From Squalus acanthias (lineage: Eukaryota): a stretch of 64,000 nucleotides of DNA. The position numbers and the translations under genes are program-made. Location of the stretch: positions 127,970,001 through 128,034,000 of the forward strand of contig CM059431.1 of assembly GCA_030390025.1 (NCBI GenBank). Reading direction: 5' to 3'. Positions 1 to 13,790 of this stretch are shown here, one piece after another (within the stretch, counting starts at the first letter, position 1; every line of letters starts with the position of its first letter). Under the pieces are notes generated by a model, which made no database searches, was not told the DNA's origin, and saw only the letters and a program-made list of their open reading frames with translations.

Positions 1-1039
1 ATATAGGTGGGTATATTCAAAAACTATACAAATGCACACCAGGGGCTACTGTTTGCCCTTGGCGTCCAGTGTTACTCTAGGCTGCGGAAGGAAGTATTAA
101 AGATTTAAAGGCACAAAAAAGCTGACGCAAAAAACTGACTGCCTGGGCTTAGGTGGAAATCTAAAATCTTTGATATTTCTTAAACAACATTAACCAGCAG
201 CTCAGAGGCTGCCGGCCATGTGACACTGCAGCAGGCCTCAAAAGCCTTCTGCAGCCAATCTCCAAAACTAAATTCTGGTGGTCTCCTCAGCGGAGGCCAA
301 AGAGCCCACTAACATGGTTCAAATGAACCTATGGCTGGGTGCTGTCTGTGGTACATCTTTGTGGCAGGAAGAAATCTTTCCACACCAAAGATCTGCCCAG
401 ATCTCACAGTAGGTCACAATGTATAACAAATAGAAGATCCACATGTCTGGAAAATAAAACACAAAACTTCCTTACTAAAGTACCCAAGCCAACTTCTAGT
501 ACCGCCAGTAACCTTTCTTACATAGGTCTTGACCTTGCCTTTTGCTCTATTCTTGAAGCTTTAATCCTTGAGCTGAGCATCCACTATAATATTTTTTAAA
601 AGCCCAACCTGGGTTCCAGACTACAATTCTTAAAAGTCAGTCAAAGGAAAAATTGCATGGAAATGAATGCAAGCAGTAGACATATTCTGTGAGGATCCAC
701 CTGTTTGATGTCAGTCAAGATTGCACAGCCACTGGAATTAAACATTACCTTCTAAGCTCTATAAAGGAATGATTCAATGAAAGATCGCTCTTTAAAGAAT
801 GCAGATTTTCAAAATCTAATGATCCACCACACATAATAATACTTACTTTGTAGCTCTCCGCATGGTCATGTTGGCAGAGAGTGCTAATGGTCGGAGATTA
901 ATTCTCCAGTTTAAAAAATATGTGTCCAATCCATCAAAGTGAATATTGTTTAACCAACTCAGACAGTGGCTGCTGCTTCACCTGGAGATAGGCATGATAA
1001 TTAGTGATACTGTTCGAGCATCCAACACTGAGAAAGGCT

Positions 1040-1781
1040 TTTTAAAATTCGTTTATGGGATGTGGGCGTCGCTGGAAAGGCCAGCATTTATTGCCCATCC
1101 CTAATTGCCCTTGAGAAGGTGGTGGTGAGCCGCTTTCTTGAACCGCTGCAGTCCGTGTGGTGAAGGTACTCCCACAGTGCTTAGGTAGGGAGTTCCAGGA
1201 ATTTGACCCAGCGACGATGAAGGATCAGCAATATATTTCCAAGTCAGGATGGTGTGTGACTTGGAGGGGAACTTGGAGGTGGTGGTGTTCCCATGCGCCT
1301 GCTGCCCTTGTCCTTCTAGGTGGTAGAGCTCATGGGTTTGGGAGGTGCTGTCGAAGAAGCCTTGCTGAATTGCTGCAGTGCATCTTGTAGATGGTACACA
1401 CTGCAGACATGGTGCGCTGGTGGTGGAGGGAGTGAATGCTTAAGGTGGTGGATGGAGTGCCAATCAAGCAGGCTGCTTTGTCCTGGATGGTGTTAAGCTT
1501 CTCGAGTGTTGTTGGAGCTGCACTCATCCAGACAAGTGGAGAGTATTCCATCACACTCCTTACTTGTGCCTTGTAGATGTTGGAAAGGCTTTGGAAAGGC
1601 TTTGAGGAGTCAGGAGGTGAGACACTCACCGCAGAATACCTAGCCTCTGACCTGCTCTTGTAGCCACAGTATTTATGTGGCTGGTCCAGTTAAGTTTCTG
1701 GTCAATGGTGACCTCCAGGATGTTGATGGTGGGGGATTCGGCGATGGTAATGCCGTTGAATGTCAAGGGGCGGTGGTTTGA
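1040..1781 (-). mobile_element. 5'-truncated copy of the tRNA-headed CR1-group (Zenon-like) LINE, RT C-terminus and 3' tail
   Basis: ORF 1330-1629 YKAQVRSVMEYSPLVWMSAAPTTL; colinear with 9078-9927 and 49482-50220. Confidence 0.85.
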
Positions 1782-2583
1782 CTTAGTAGCAGTGTTCAAC
1801 ATAGCTGTTTAGTTATGTTCAAAGAAATCTGTGTGTGGATCCATGTATACAGAATAAAAGTAACAAGCAGAAAATTTTAAGTACATATGGGGAACATCTT
1901 TATGATTTTTCTAAAAATACCAAGCAGAGGAAACTTCCATGAATCAATTTACAGTGACACTATAGTGACCAGAGCAATATTTATCTATCGGTAGGAAATT
2001 TAACAGAAATGGCCAAGTTGCAGCAAATTTTTGTTTTGAATATTGCTACACTGAATTGAAATTGGTACAACTTGTTAATATTGAGAGAAGGGAATAGGAA
2101 GGGTCTAGTGTGTGACTGCACTATTGGAGTCATTCAACTTTCCATTACCAGATTCTGCCACGTGCAATTATGTTTTTAGAACTGACAAATTTGAAAAGAA
2201 AACCGTCTACGGAGCTATTGCTAAATTAATCTAGGCAACTGACTCCAAATTCCCAGCATTTCTTTTAAAAAAGCTGAGTTGTTTCCTGTGCTATCTAAAC
2301 CAGCAGAAAAAAGTATAATAAATTAAAATAGAAAAAAGTCTACATATCATCAAGGCTTCTTAAAATAATCTTCTGACATATGAATGCTGATACATAAAGC
2401 TCAGCTTGAGACTGGCCAAGTAACCTTGGTGTATTAAGTCAAAGTGAAAACCATGGTCAAATATCTTTTTTGCTGAATAAAATAACAAAAGAGACATTTG
2501 ATATTTGTGCCTTGAAAAAATAATTAATATTGCATTGTTGGAGTGGATTTAAACATGATTCCAAATTTTTTTCTGGTTTCTAT

Positions 2584-4008
2584 GGGGGCGATTTTCTGAG
2601 GCCCTTGGCGGCAGAAAGGTGGGAAAATTGGAAAAAATGAGTGCGGGTTCAGAACCCGCCTCCAACGCGCCTCCACGGGATTTTGCCTGTGCCGGTTTTG
2701 CAGGGCAGGAAACAATCCCGCCTCAAGCTGGCCAGAGAGGTTGTTAAGAGGCTTAAATGCTCATTAAGGGCCTTTCTAAGCTTATTTTGAGAAGCCCTCG
2801 TTATTTTTCGACCACTTCGGCGTGTCCCACGACCCTCCTGAACCACGCCAGCTAAACCTGGCGGGTTGCCAAATGGATGGTCTCCTCACAGCTGCAGGTC
2901 CAACATTAAATCGAAGATTTCATCAGGGATTAGTTGCAGGCGGCAGAACTTTGCTTAAAAAGGTCTTTCCGCACTTTTAGCAGGCCTTCCAAAGTCGGAG
3001 GTGCTGCAGCTTTTATCTATCAACTGTGGGACCTCCTTGGAAGACCTTCTCCCCACTTGCAATGAACGCTTCCCCAACGGAGGCATCTGCAAGCAGCATG
3101 GGAACCATTCATTTTCTTTCACCATGGACCTCAGATTCGGATAAGGAGCAGCCACGGCAGCAGCAGAACCAGGCAGCTCAGCAGCAACAGCAGCAGGAGC
3201 CCAAACCTCCTGCTCAGCCACCTGATGGTGCACAGGGCAGAAGGCGCCAGCGCATCGAGGCAGCTCGCCGCAGGAGATACCCCGACAGAGGGTTTACAGA
3301 CAGAGGATGAGCTACCTCAACATGAGTGAGCAGCAGTGCCAAAGGAGGCTGAGACTTTCGCGAGAGGTTGTCCGAGAGATCTGCGGACTGCTGCAGCAAG
3401 ACCTGGTGCCCAGCGGAACGGGTGGACAACCCTTACCAGTGGCTGTCAAAGTCACCACTGCACTCAACTTCTTTGTCTCAGGCTCCTTCCAGAAATCATC
3501 AGCAGACATCAGTGACATCTCCCAGTCGGCCGCCCACAGTTGCATCACGCAGGTTACCGATGCCCTTTTTGCTAAGGCCCAGAATTACTTCCAGTTCTCA
3601 AGGGATCATGCAAGTATAGCCACGCGTTCGGTTGGCTTTGCAAATATGGCAGGCATGCCAATGGTGCAGGGCGTCATAGACTGCACACATGTGGCCCTTA
3701 GGGCACCCCATCACAACCCAGCTATCTTTGTCAACCGAAAGGGCTTCCACTTCCTCAACATACAGCTGGTGTGTAACCACAAGAAGGAGTTTTTGCACGT
3801 TTGCGCCAAGTTCTGTGGTAGTTGCCATGACTCTTTCATCCTGCGGCACTCTAGTGTTCCTCCGTTTTTCAATCCGCCAAACCAACTTAACAGATGTCTC
3901 CTTGGTGAAGAATTCGCTAATGACGCCAATCAGGAGGCCAGCTAATGAGGCTGAAGAACGCTACAATGCCAGCCACACTTCGACCAGGTCCATCATCGAG
4001 CAAACCAA
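2584..4008 (+). mobile_element. Truncated PIF/Harbinger transposon (left end plus transposase)
   Basis: Begins tat|GGGGGCGATTTT like other Harbinger ends here; no right end found. Confidence 0.8.
3062..4008 (+). pseudogene. HARBI1-like DDE transposase, frameshifted
   Basis: ORF 3307-3945 with [44 protein letters not shown] in a shifted frame. Confidence 0.9.
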
Positions 4009-4220
4009 TAAGTTTAGATTTAAATTATTTTGTATTTCACTTAGAAGCACGTGATTATATCTTTTTTTTCTCATGGCTGGTTTAATCTAAATATCCTACT
4101 TTAATTTTAAATATGGGTTAAGCGTTAGGCTGGGCAAACTGTCAGAATGCCTCCTAATTAGCTCCAAAAGCCAAATAATGCATTTCTAAACTGATCATAA
4201 GTCAATTAAACACATATATT

Positions 4221-4762
4221 GCCCCAATTTTAACTCCCAACAGATAAAATGGGGCCAGTCACTACCCCCTTTGATCCCACTATATACTGATCTTAACCTG
4301 CTCGCTTGACACTTGCAGAAAGGAAGCGGGATCCTTCTTTAAATATGCAGATCGGGTCCCAATTACATCATCGGGCGTCACTGTAATATTAGTAGGAGGC
4401 CTGAGAAGGGAAGCAGTGACAGCTTTCTGTCAGACCAGACCAGCCGGGAGCCAGACTGTGGGCAAGAAAAGGCCCAGTAAGTTAGTTACCTAACTTCATT
4501 TCAGGTTTCCTTGTGGGCCAGGAGGAGCAGGAGTGGTACTCCAGGTCTCACGAGGAAGCCTTGGGCCTCCCTCGCCCCGGGCTCCCGTTTCAGCCCCCCC
4601 CCCCCACCCCCCGATCATGGCCAGAGCCCCCGATTATGGCTAGAACCCCCCCTCCAATCATGTTTTTAAACCCCCACCCCTCAACTAATGCCCGGGAATT
4701 GCTCCCACGATTACCCGTCTACGGCCTCCTGCCACTGAATTTTCGCTTCCACCAGCCGTCCA
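4221..4762. mobile_element. Partial MITE-like repeat
   Basis: Starts GCCCCAATTTTAAC; shares CTTGTGGG.CAGGAGGAGCAGGAGT with 6067-6091. Confidence 0.45.
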
Positions 4763-5649
4763 CTAAGTTTAGATTTAAACGTTTGCTATTTCTAGGCTAG
4801 TCTAGCAGGCCAATCCTATATTTAAGTTCAACAGGCGAGTTTTGACATCACTAGATATCAATAAAAACAAAGCTCTTTGAGTTGTGATACAACAGAGTTA
4901 CTGCTTTGACTGCCATATTCGGCCGAGTTTGGGCGGGACTCCGTGAGAACTCATGCAAATTACGAATGGTCAACCCTCCACGTCCCCAGTCTCATGCACA
5001 CTGTACCCATTCCCTCCTTTAACACCAGGGCCAGAGTTATTACAATCAAGTTTGGATCTGAGTTAGAATGAGCCAGTCAATGTGCTTGTCAGGGGCTTTC
5101 AGTAGCACAGTGGGTTAACACAGCAAACTAGCCCACTCTTCCAATTTGTATATCTTGATGAATCTATGACTTGTTTTGCTTTAAACATTTTTTTTAGAAT
5201 TACAGTATGGTAAATTAAAAATGGCGAGAGGCATGACTTACAACTCAGGGAAAGCTGCTCTACATATATATCGATATTGTACGTGTACAGGTTGTCCTTC
5301 ACTGAGCTGTTAAGTACATGATTGGAAAAGTAACCAAGAAAGAGGGGATCGTATTATCTTTAACTTTTTATCATGTATGTATATTTTTCAGAATTATTTT
5401 GGAGGCTAGAAGTTTGGCAGCGCAGCATTCTGGAGCACTAACAAGCAATGACATGGAAAGGTTGCACTGGGTTCATTGTCCACATTGCCAAGCTCTTGAC
5501 CCCATCTGTGTTGTTCTGGGGAAGCAACAAACAAGTGCTTCACCACATTAGAAGAGAAAATTGGACAGGAATTCATTGTCAGGCAACACGCATTCATTTC
5601 CTAGCTGCTGGCTTAGAGTAGCATTTATAGAGAGCTAGAAGCAGCTCAC

Positions 5650-5683
5650 TCATCCGTTGCCATGGTTGCAGCTGAGGTATAAC
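5650..5683 (-). CDS. Candidate last coding exon of unidentified host gene ((R)LYLSCNHGNG*)
   Basis: Strong acceptor ctttccttttcctcatgtctccag|G; phase matches exon 35083-35189; non-repetitive context. Confidence 0.35.
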
Positions 5684-5852
5684 CTGGAGACATGAGGAAA
5701 AGGAAAGAAGCAATAAAGCAAAGAGCAAAAATACAAATGCAACTATTTGGCAGACAATGTACGACAGTGTCTGAAACTTAAACTACTTCTCCCCGTGCTC
5801 ATGAGCTATTCAGCTGCTTAGAGGTAAATGATGGCCAGTATCAGTAACATAA

Positions 5853-6350
5853 CGGGTGAATTTTAACTCCAAAAAACGGGTGGGTGGGGTCGGGTAAGAT
5901 TGGTGGGTTGGCCATTTAAATATTATAATGAGGCTGGGAGCATCGCATTTAAATTCCCTTACAGGTTTAACCCTGGCTGGCCGGGTTTCCCAGGCCTCGG
6001 GAAACCCAACAGCTCAAGGGTGGCGATGACTGCTTCGGGGAAAGGCTAAGTGCCTTTACAGCACTGCTTGTGGGACAGGAGGAGCAGGAGTTCTTCCCCC
6101 CAGCCCCCCAAGCTTACCTGCTTCGCTGGGATTGGACCCCCCCCCATCAGACACCCCACCATCCAAAGTCCTCCCCTCCCCAGGGTCGGGGATTGGACAC
6201 TCCCCGGGATCGGACACTCCCCGGGATCGGACCCCCGCTCCCCCCCACGCTCCCACTAGCAGCTGCAGGCTCCTTTCTTGGGGCTGTTACCCGCCCGACT
6301 GGAAGTCAAGCCTGTCAATCAGGCTGACTTTGGGCAGTAATCCTGTCACA
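5853..6350. mobile_element. Partial MITE, inverted relative of 7439-8337
   Basis: GGGTGAATTTTAAC end; GGGTTTCCCAGGCCTCGGGAAACCC hairpin shared with ~8083-8107. Confidence 0.55.
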
Positions 6351-6999
6351 ACAAATATACGCACGCTGTGGAGTGAAAACTTGCCCCACCAATATCAGGG
6401 CCAATGATCCTGTAATGTTTAATTCTTATCATTTTAAACACAATAGCGTGGGATCAAACAACCCAAGCTAGAACTATAGATCAGCTCTGTGTTAAGTAAT
6501 ATATTTTAATATAAGGGCTGAAATTGGCCTTTAGTTTATAAATTATCAACAACAACTTGCATTTATATAGCGCCTTTAACATAAAAAAATGCTGCAAGCT
6601 GATTCACAGAAGTGTCATCTAACCCTAACACTTGTCATTTTTTTTTTGGTGCGTTCTTGAGAAGCAGGAGGGCTCCTCCTGGGCACCCCAAAAAACCTCC
6701 GGCCTACTGTTAGCTCCTCCCCAGATCGCTTCCCAATCCCGAGCTCCACCCTGCTGGCCAGCTCATGGGGGAGCCTGCTGATTTCTCGCCCTTCCAGAAC
6801 TGACGAGCTGCAGCTCATGATTGAGCTGCAACATGCCTGTTTCAGGCACTACTTTAAAATCGCCCCCAAAGATTCCTCTAATATCCTCTGACCAATACAT
6901 CTTACATAATTTACAGATTTACCGCCACACTGTTTATCATTCTTATAGAATGTTGGCTGGGACATGGGGAGAGCTCCCTGCTCTACTTCAAATCGTGCC

Positions 7000-7158
7000 C
7001 AAGGATCTGTTTAAATGACAGAACAGGGACTTGACCTGACATCTCAGCTGAAGGACAGTACCTCCGTCTGTGTTGCACTGAACTATCAGTCTAGATATTG
7101 CTCATCTCACGGAGCAGCACTTTAACCCCTAATCTTCTGATGCAGAGGTGAGAGTACT
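7000..7158 (-). mobile_element. Degraded Deu-domain SINE fragment
   Basis: Similar to 5' half of SINEs at 10277 and 33892. Confidence 0.5.
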
Positions 7159-7438
7159 GCCAGCTGAGCCAAGCTGACAGAGAGCGAAGAGTGAACAAGA
7201 ACAACAATCATCCTCATTACAGCCCTTGCTATACGAAATAAAAATTATTAAAACAAAATAAAATAATAAATATAGTAAAAACAATTTTTTGGTGAGGGAT
7301 AATGTAATTAGGAATATAATCCACTGTCATTCATTTCAGAATCTGTCATTAAATTTATCAGACAAGCTCACTCATGGTGACACCCCTCTTTATGGTGTCC
7401 TAATTGGAATGTGGAGACTAATGCCATAGCAACATCAT

Positions 7439-8337
7439 GGCCTAGAAATTCGTCTCAGGCGGTGGCGCTAAGCGGGCGGTATCGGATCGAAGTTTAGCGG
7501 TCGGATAACCCGGAAATAGGGGTTTCCTCATGTCCTGCCGAATTTAATGCAGCACCTGATTACCATTTTAGGAATCCGTTTCCCAGCCGCAGCTAGCTTG
7601 ATTGAGAGGCTCACTGGCAGTTGGGTGGGTAGGCCTGTGACACCAGGCCACAGCCGGGGAGTGTAGAGGAGCGAAGGAGGGGGGTGGAGATCGGCGGTTG
7701 GGGGGGGACATCAGTGGAGGGGCGGAGACATCAGGGGTTGAAGAGACATCAGTGGGAGGGGAACGGAGAGATTGGGAGTTTGGGAGGAGATAGTAAGGGG
7801 ACGTGCAGGAGATCGGTGGTGGCGGGGGGCATCATGGAGGAGATTGGGGGACCGTGGAGGAGATCGCAGGCTGTGGAGGACATCGGGGGGCATCGGATCG
7901 CGGGGATGGGGGGCTCCAATTGCGGGAGGGTACCATCGCGGGGGATGTGCTCCCATCGATGAGGAGGCTAACATGCTAGCTTGGGGGACCGGGGGAAGCA
8001 CTCCGCTCCTCCGGGTCCACAAGCAGTGCTGGAGAGTCACTTATCTGTTTCATCAAGCAGTCCTCGCCTCTCTTCCGCTGTCGGGTTTCCCAAGGCCTGG
8101 GAAACCCAGCCGGAGAGTGTTAAAGCTGGAACACAGTTAAAACCTTGAACACACAGCCTCATTAAAATATTTAAATAAGGGGCCCGCCTCCTGAGAGCGA
8201 GTAGATCGCCCACCCCGGCTGCTGCCTCCATTAAAACTGGAAGTTCAAGGCAGCTTGGGTTCGGGTTTGAAATTTTTTATATTTTAACTTCCCACCCAAC
8301 CCAAACCCACCCATTTTGGGGGGTTAAGATTATTTCC
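7439..8337. mobile_element. Harbinger-type MITE
   Basis: GGCCTAGAAATT left end, degraded right end, GC-rich body. Confidence 0.55.
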
Positions 8338-9075
8338 ATTGTCTTTGACCTCTGCCACAAACTCCATAATCTTGTCACGAACTCCATCCCCTCCCATGTC
8401 ACTCTTTCAGGTTGAAGCTGACATCACATACTCAGCATCCTATTTGACCCTGAGGTGAAATTCCAACTGCATATTCTCTCCATAATAAAGATCACCTACT
8501 TCCCCCTCTTTAACATCCCCTGCCCCTGCCTCAGCCTTCTTCTGTTGAAGCCCTTATCCATGCCTATGACACCTACAGACTTGACTATTCCAATACTGTC
8601 CTTGGCAGCCTCCCATCCTCCATGCTCTGTAAACTTCAGCTCACCCAAAACTCTGCACCATCCCACTCACCCATCACTCCGTTGATCTATGTTGGCTCTT
8701 GGTCACCTAAGACCTCTCATTTAAGTTCTCATTCTGTTTAAATATTTGCATGGCCTTCCCCCTCCTCTAGCCCTACAAACCCTTCAGAACTCTCTGCTCA
8801 TTACATTCTGGCCTCTTGCGTATCCTCTCCTCCTTTCTCCCCTCCATTGGAAGCAGTGTCTAGGTCCCATGCTTTGGAATTCTCACCTTAAGCCCCTCCA
8901 TCTTGCCACCTCCCTCTCCTCCTTTAAGATCCTTTATAAAATCTACCTCTTTTACTATGCTTTTGATCATTTTGTCCTTCTTTAACCTGGTGTCCATGAT
9001 TGTCTGATTTCGCAGCGATGAAGCACATTGGAACATTTATCTACACTAAAGTCACTATATAAGTGCAATTGTTGT
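8338..9075 (+). mobile_element. Old L2 LINE 3' fragment
   Basis: CT-rich decayed RT C-terminus ending in cactatataagtgcaa tail shared with the SINE tails. Confidence 0.6.
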
Positions 9076-9077
9076 CT

Positions 9078-9927
9078 TTTTATTTATTTATTTATTCACG
9101 GGATGTGGGCATCACTGGGAAGGCCAGCATTTATCTCCCACCCCTAATTGCCCTTCAGAAGGTGATGGTGAGCCTCCTTCTGGAACCACTGCAGTCCGTG
9201 TGGTGAAGGTACTCCCACAGTGCTGTTAGATAGGGAGTTCCAGGATTTTGACCCAGCGACGATGAAGGAATGGTGATATATTTCCAAGTCAGGGTGGTAT
9301 GTGACTTGGAGGGGAACTTGGAGGTGGTGATGTTCCTATGCGCCTGCTGCCCTTGTCCTTCTAGTTGGTAGAGCTCATGGGTTTGGGAGGTGCTGCCGAA
9401 GAAGCCTTGCTGAGTTGCTGCAGTGCATCTTGCAGACATGGTGCGCCGGTGGTGGAGGGAGTGAATGTTTAAGGTGGTGGATGAAGTGCCAATCAAGCAG
9501 GCTGCTTTGTCCTGGATGGTGTTAAGCTTCTCGAGTATTGTTGGAGTTGCACTCATCCAGGCAAGTGGAGAGTATTCCATCATACTCCTTACTTGTGCCT
9601 TGTAGATGTTGGAAAGGCTTTGGAAAGGCTTTGAGGAGTCAGGAGGTGAGACACTCACCGCAGAATACCTAGCCTCTGACCTGCTCTTGTTGCCACAGTA
9701 TTTATGTGGCTGGTCCAGTTAAGTTTCTTGTCAATGGTGACCCCCAGGATGTTGATGGTGGGCGATTTGGCGATGGTAATGCCGTTGAATGTCAAGGGGC
9801 GGTGGTTAGACTCTCGCTTGTTGGAGATAGTCATTGCCTGGCACTTCTGTGGCGCGAATGTTACCTGCCACTTATCAGCCCAAGCCTGAACGTCATCCAG
9901 GTCTTGTTGTATGCGGGCATGAAACTG
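9078..9927 (-). mobile_element. 5'-truncated copy of the tRNA-headed CR1-group LINE
   Basis: ORFs 9155-9658 and 9655-9933 (WADKWQVTFAPQKC, LGVTIDKKLNWTSH). Confidence 0.85.
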
Positions 9928-10276
9928 TAACAATGCATTAAACTTGTTAAAAGTGCATAGATATCAATAAAAAAAAGCTTAGGTTATTTAACGTTCATAG
10001 GTTGACACATAATGAAATAAAGTGCCTTTGCAGGCTGAGAAGTACAAGCAGAGGCAGAAGTGGCAAATTTATGACTGCTAGTGGCCTGTGTGGCTAAAAT
10101 TTACCTGCCAATCTCATGCAGGCCAGTGCCTTGTATGGACATTCTCCAGCCACTCCAGAAAGTACTGATGCTAGTGAACTAGTGTAGCTATTTGTGATTT
10201 TAAAACAGCTCCAGCTGCTGTAGAAACCAGTGCTCGATAGAAATGGAGCAATTTCTTTAGTAGTATCAGCTGATAA

Positions 10277-10683
10277 AGAAAAACTTGCATTTCACATAGC
10301 GCCTTTCACGACCTCAGGACATCCCAAAGTGCTTTACAGCAAATAAAGTACCTTTGAAGTGTAGTCACTGTTGTAATGTAGGAAATGTGGCAGCCAATTT
10401 GCGCACAGCAAGCTCCCACAAACAGCCGTGTGATAATGACCAGATAATCTGTTTTAATGATAAATATTGGCCAGGACGCCGGGGATAATTCCCCTGCTCT
10501 TTTTCGAAAAAGTGCTATGGGATCCTGAGAGAGCAGATCTCAGTTTAACATTTCATCTGAAAGACGTCACCTCCAGCACTCCCTCAATACTGCACTCGAG
10601 TGTCAGCCTAGATTTTTGTGCTCTTGAACCCACAATCTTCTGACTCAGAAGCAAGAGTGCTACCAACTGAGCCACAGTTGACA
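10277..10683 (-). mobile_element. tRNA-derived Deu-domain SINE (SacSINE1-like)
   Basis: tRNA head GGCTCAGTTGGTAGCA, Deu-like core, L2-type tail; homologous to 33892-34358. Confidence 0.75.
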
Positions 10684-11495
10684 CATCTGATATCCGATAA
10701 AAATACAGCAATGCCAGACTGTTTACACAGCATGGAATCCAAGCTAAATCATTTTGATGATGGAAGCGACAGAGAAACAGTAGGGTGAGATGACATTGCA
10801 TCAGGAGTTTTTTTGGTCTGAAATGCTCTGCTGCTGCATGGCATCCCACTAATGTATCTCACTCGAGAGATGGTGATTTCTAGTGTTAGTCGCAGAGACC
10901 TTATAACGGCAGATAAATGTCTTAATGCTTTAAGGAGGCAGTTAGGATGATGTAGAAGCAGCTGTCAGTGGAGCAGCAAGTTGTGGTAGGTGCAAAGGTA
11001 CCTACGAGCATTAGTTTTATAAATCATTATTTTATAATTGGATATCAATCTGTTTCACGCCCACTTCATTCACAGAATATGGATTTATCCTGGTGAAGAC
11101 ATTTTTAAAAAGCAACGGTCATATTTTTTTGAGAAAACATGTTTTAGTTTTAATGATTTTTGAAAAGTAACCTAAATATCAGTAACATATATGAACTGTA
11201 TGGAGTACGATGTTGTTAAAGGTTGTTGGGGAAAATCTTAATAGTTGTTCTAATAAAAACTGGTTACTTATTTCCTTGACTAGCAAATTAGTCCAATTAA
11301 TTATAGCTATGGATTCAACAGCAACAAAGACTTATATTTATATACTGCCTTTGACATAGTAAACATGCCCCAAAGTGCTTCACAGAGGCAAAGAAGGACA
11401 TATTAAGACTGATGACCAAAAGCTGGGGCGAAGTAGTGGGTTTTAAAACCCGTCTAATGGAAGGAGAGGGAGGTTAAGAGATGGAAGGACCTATG

Positions 11496-13492
11496 CATAG
11501 AATCATAGAATCATAGAAAGTTACAGCACGGAAGGAAGCCATTTCGGCCCATTGTGTCCGCGCCGGCCAACAAAGAGCTATCCAGCCTAATCCCACTTCC
11601 CAGCTCTTGGTCCGTTGCCCTGCAGGTTACAGCATCCCAAGTGCACATCTAAGTATTTTTAAATGTGGATAGGGTTTCTGCCTCTACCACCCTTTCAGGC
11701 AGTGAGTTCCAGACCCCCACAACCTGCTGGGTGAAGAAATTTCCCCTCAAATCCCCTCTAAACCTTCCACCAATTACTTTAAATCTTTGCCCCCTGGTTT
11801 TTGACCCCACTGCTAAGGGAAATAGATCCTTTCTATCCACTTTATCTAGGCCCCTCATAATTTTATACACCTCAATAAGGTCTCCCATCAGCCTCCTCTA
11901 TTCCAAGGAAAACAAACCCAGCCTAACCAGTCTTTCCTCATAGCTAAGAATCTCTACTCCCGGCAACATCCTTGTAAATCTCCTCTGTATCCTCTCTAGT
12001 GCAATCACATCTTTCCTGTAATGTGGTGACCAGAACTGCACGCAGTACTCTAGCTGAGGCCTAACTAGTGTTTTATACAGTTGAAGCATAACCCCCCTGC
12101 TCTTGTATTCTATGCCACGGCAAATAAAGGCAAGCATTCCGTATGCCTTCTTAACCATCTTATCTACCTGGCTTGCTACCTTCAGGGATCTGTGGACATG
12201 CACTCCAAGGTCCCTTTGTTCCTCTACGCTAGTCAGTGTCCTACCATTTAATGTGTATTCCCTTTCCTTGCTAGCCCTCCCCAAATGCATTACCTCACAC
12301 TTCTCCAGATTGAATTCCATTTGCCACTGTTCTGCCCACCTGACCAATTTATTGATATCTTCCTGCAGTCTACAGCTTCCTTCTTCAGTATCAACCACAC
12401 AGCTGATTTTAGTATCATCTGCAAACTTCTTAATCATACCCCCTATATTCAAGTCTAGATCATTGTTATATACCACAAAAAGCAAGGGAACTAGTAGTGA
12501 GCCCTGCGGAACCCCACTGGAAACAGCCTTCCAGTCACAAAAACGCCCATTAACCATTACCCTCTGCTTCCTGCCTCTGAGCCAGTTTTTAATCCAACTT
12601 GATACTTTGCCCTGGATCCCATGGGCTTCTAACTTTGTGACCAGTCTGCCATGTGGAACATTATCAAAAGCCTTGCTAAAGTCCATATACACTACACCAA
12701 ATGCACTATCCTCATCTACTCTCCTTGTTACCTCCTCACAAAAATTCAATCAAGTTTGTCAGACATTACCTCCCCTTAACAAATTCGTGCTGACTATCCT
12801 TGATTAATCTGTGTCTTTCTAAATGAAGATTTATCCTGTCCTTCAGAATTATTTCCAATAATGTTCCCACCACCGAGGTTAGGCTGACTGGCCTGTAATT
12901 ACTCGGTCTATCCTTTGCTCCCTTTTTAAACAAGGGTACCACATTAGCAGTCCTCCAGTCCTCCGACACCACACCTGAAGCCAGAGAGGATTGGAAAATG
13001 ATGGTCAGGGCCTGTGTTATTTCCTCTTTTGCTTTGCTTAACAGCCTGGGATACATTTCATCCGGGCCAGGGGATTTATCCACTTTTAAAGCTGCTAAAC
13101 CCCTTAATACTTCCTCTCTCACTATGTTTATTTCATCTAATATTTCCCACTCCTCCTCCCTGATAGTAATGTCTGCTTCGCCCCTCTCCTTTGTGAAAAC
13201 AGACACAAAGTATTCATTAAGAACCCTACCGACGTCTCCCGCCTCCATACACAGATTTCCCTCATGATCTCTAATAGGTCCTACCCTTTCTTTAGTTATC
13301 GTCTTACTCTTAATATATTTATAAAACATCTTTGGGTTTTCCTTGATTTTACTTGCCAAGAATTTTTCATGCTCTCTCTTTGCTTTCCTAATATCATTTT
13401 TAATTGCACCCCTCCACTTTCTGTACTCCTTCAAATATTCTGGAGTATTTAGCCCTCGGTATCTGTCATACACCTCCCTTTTTTTCTTTATC
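11496..13492 (-). mobile_element. CR1 LINE, 5'-truncated
   Basis: RT motifs [26 protein letters not shown]; (ATTCTATG)n tail. Confidence 0.95.
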
Positions 13493-13504
13493 CTACCAGT
13501 GGAT

Positions 13505-13790
13505 TCCTATGCAGTGAATTTAAGGTAGCTGAAATCACGGCCACCAATGGTAGGGTGAAGAGAGGGGAAGATGCACAAAAGGCCTGTCAGAGGAAGGAGA
13601 ATTTGGTGGGCGGGGTTGGGGGGGAGCATTATTGTAGGGCTGGAGGAGATTAGAAGATAGGGAAGGCTAAGACCATCGAGTGATTTAAACACAGGAATAA
13701 GAATTTTAAATTGGATGTGCTGGGGACTAGGAAATGACATAGGTCAGCAAGGATGGGCTCATAATTGAGCAGGACTTGGTGCAGGATAGG
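13505..13790 (-). mobile_element. L2 LINE fragment
   Basis: IQFKIL..FKSL.GL..PYL and IGGRDFS motifs. Confidence 0.6.

Noticed and set aside
3307..3945. Host HARBI1 gene
   Set aside because: Frameshifted, truncated and preceded by a transposon terminus; it is a TE copy
6190..6235. Short tandem repeat GGACACTCCCCGGGATC resembling an array
   Set aside because: Only 2-3 units without spacers inside a MITE; not CRISPR (vertebrate DNA)
10965..11001. Alternative last exon (minus, (R)YLCTYHNLLLH*)
   Set aside because: Phase-compatible but weak polypyrimidine tract; chance is as likely
12103..12807. Long + strand ORFs antisense to CR1 RT (also 22821-23306, 23589-23963, 39065-39397)
   Set aside because: Shadow frames of RT coding sequence with no independent protein features
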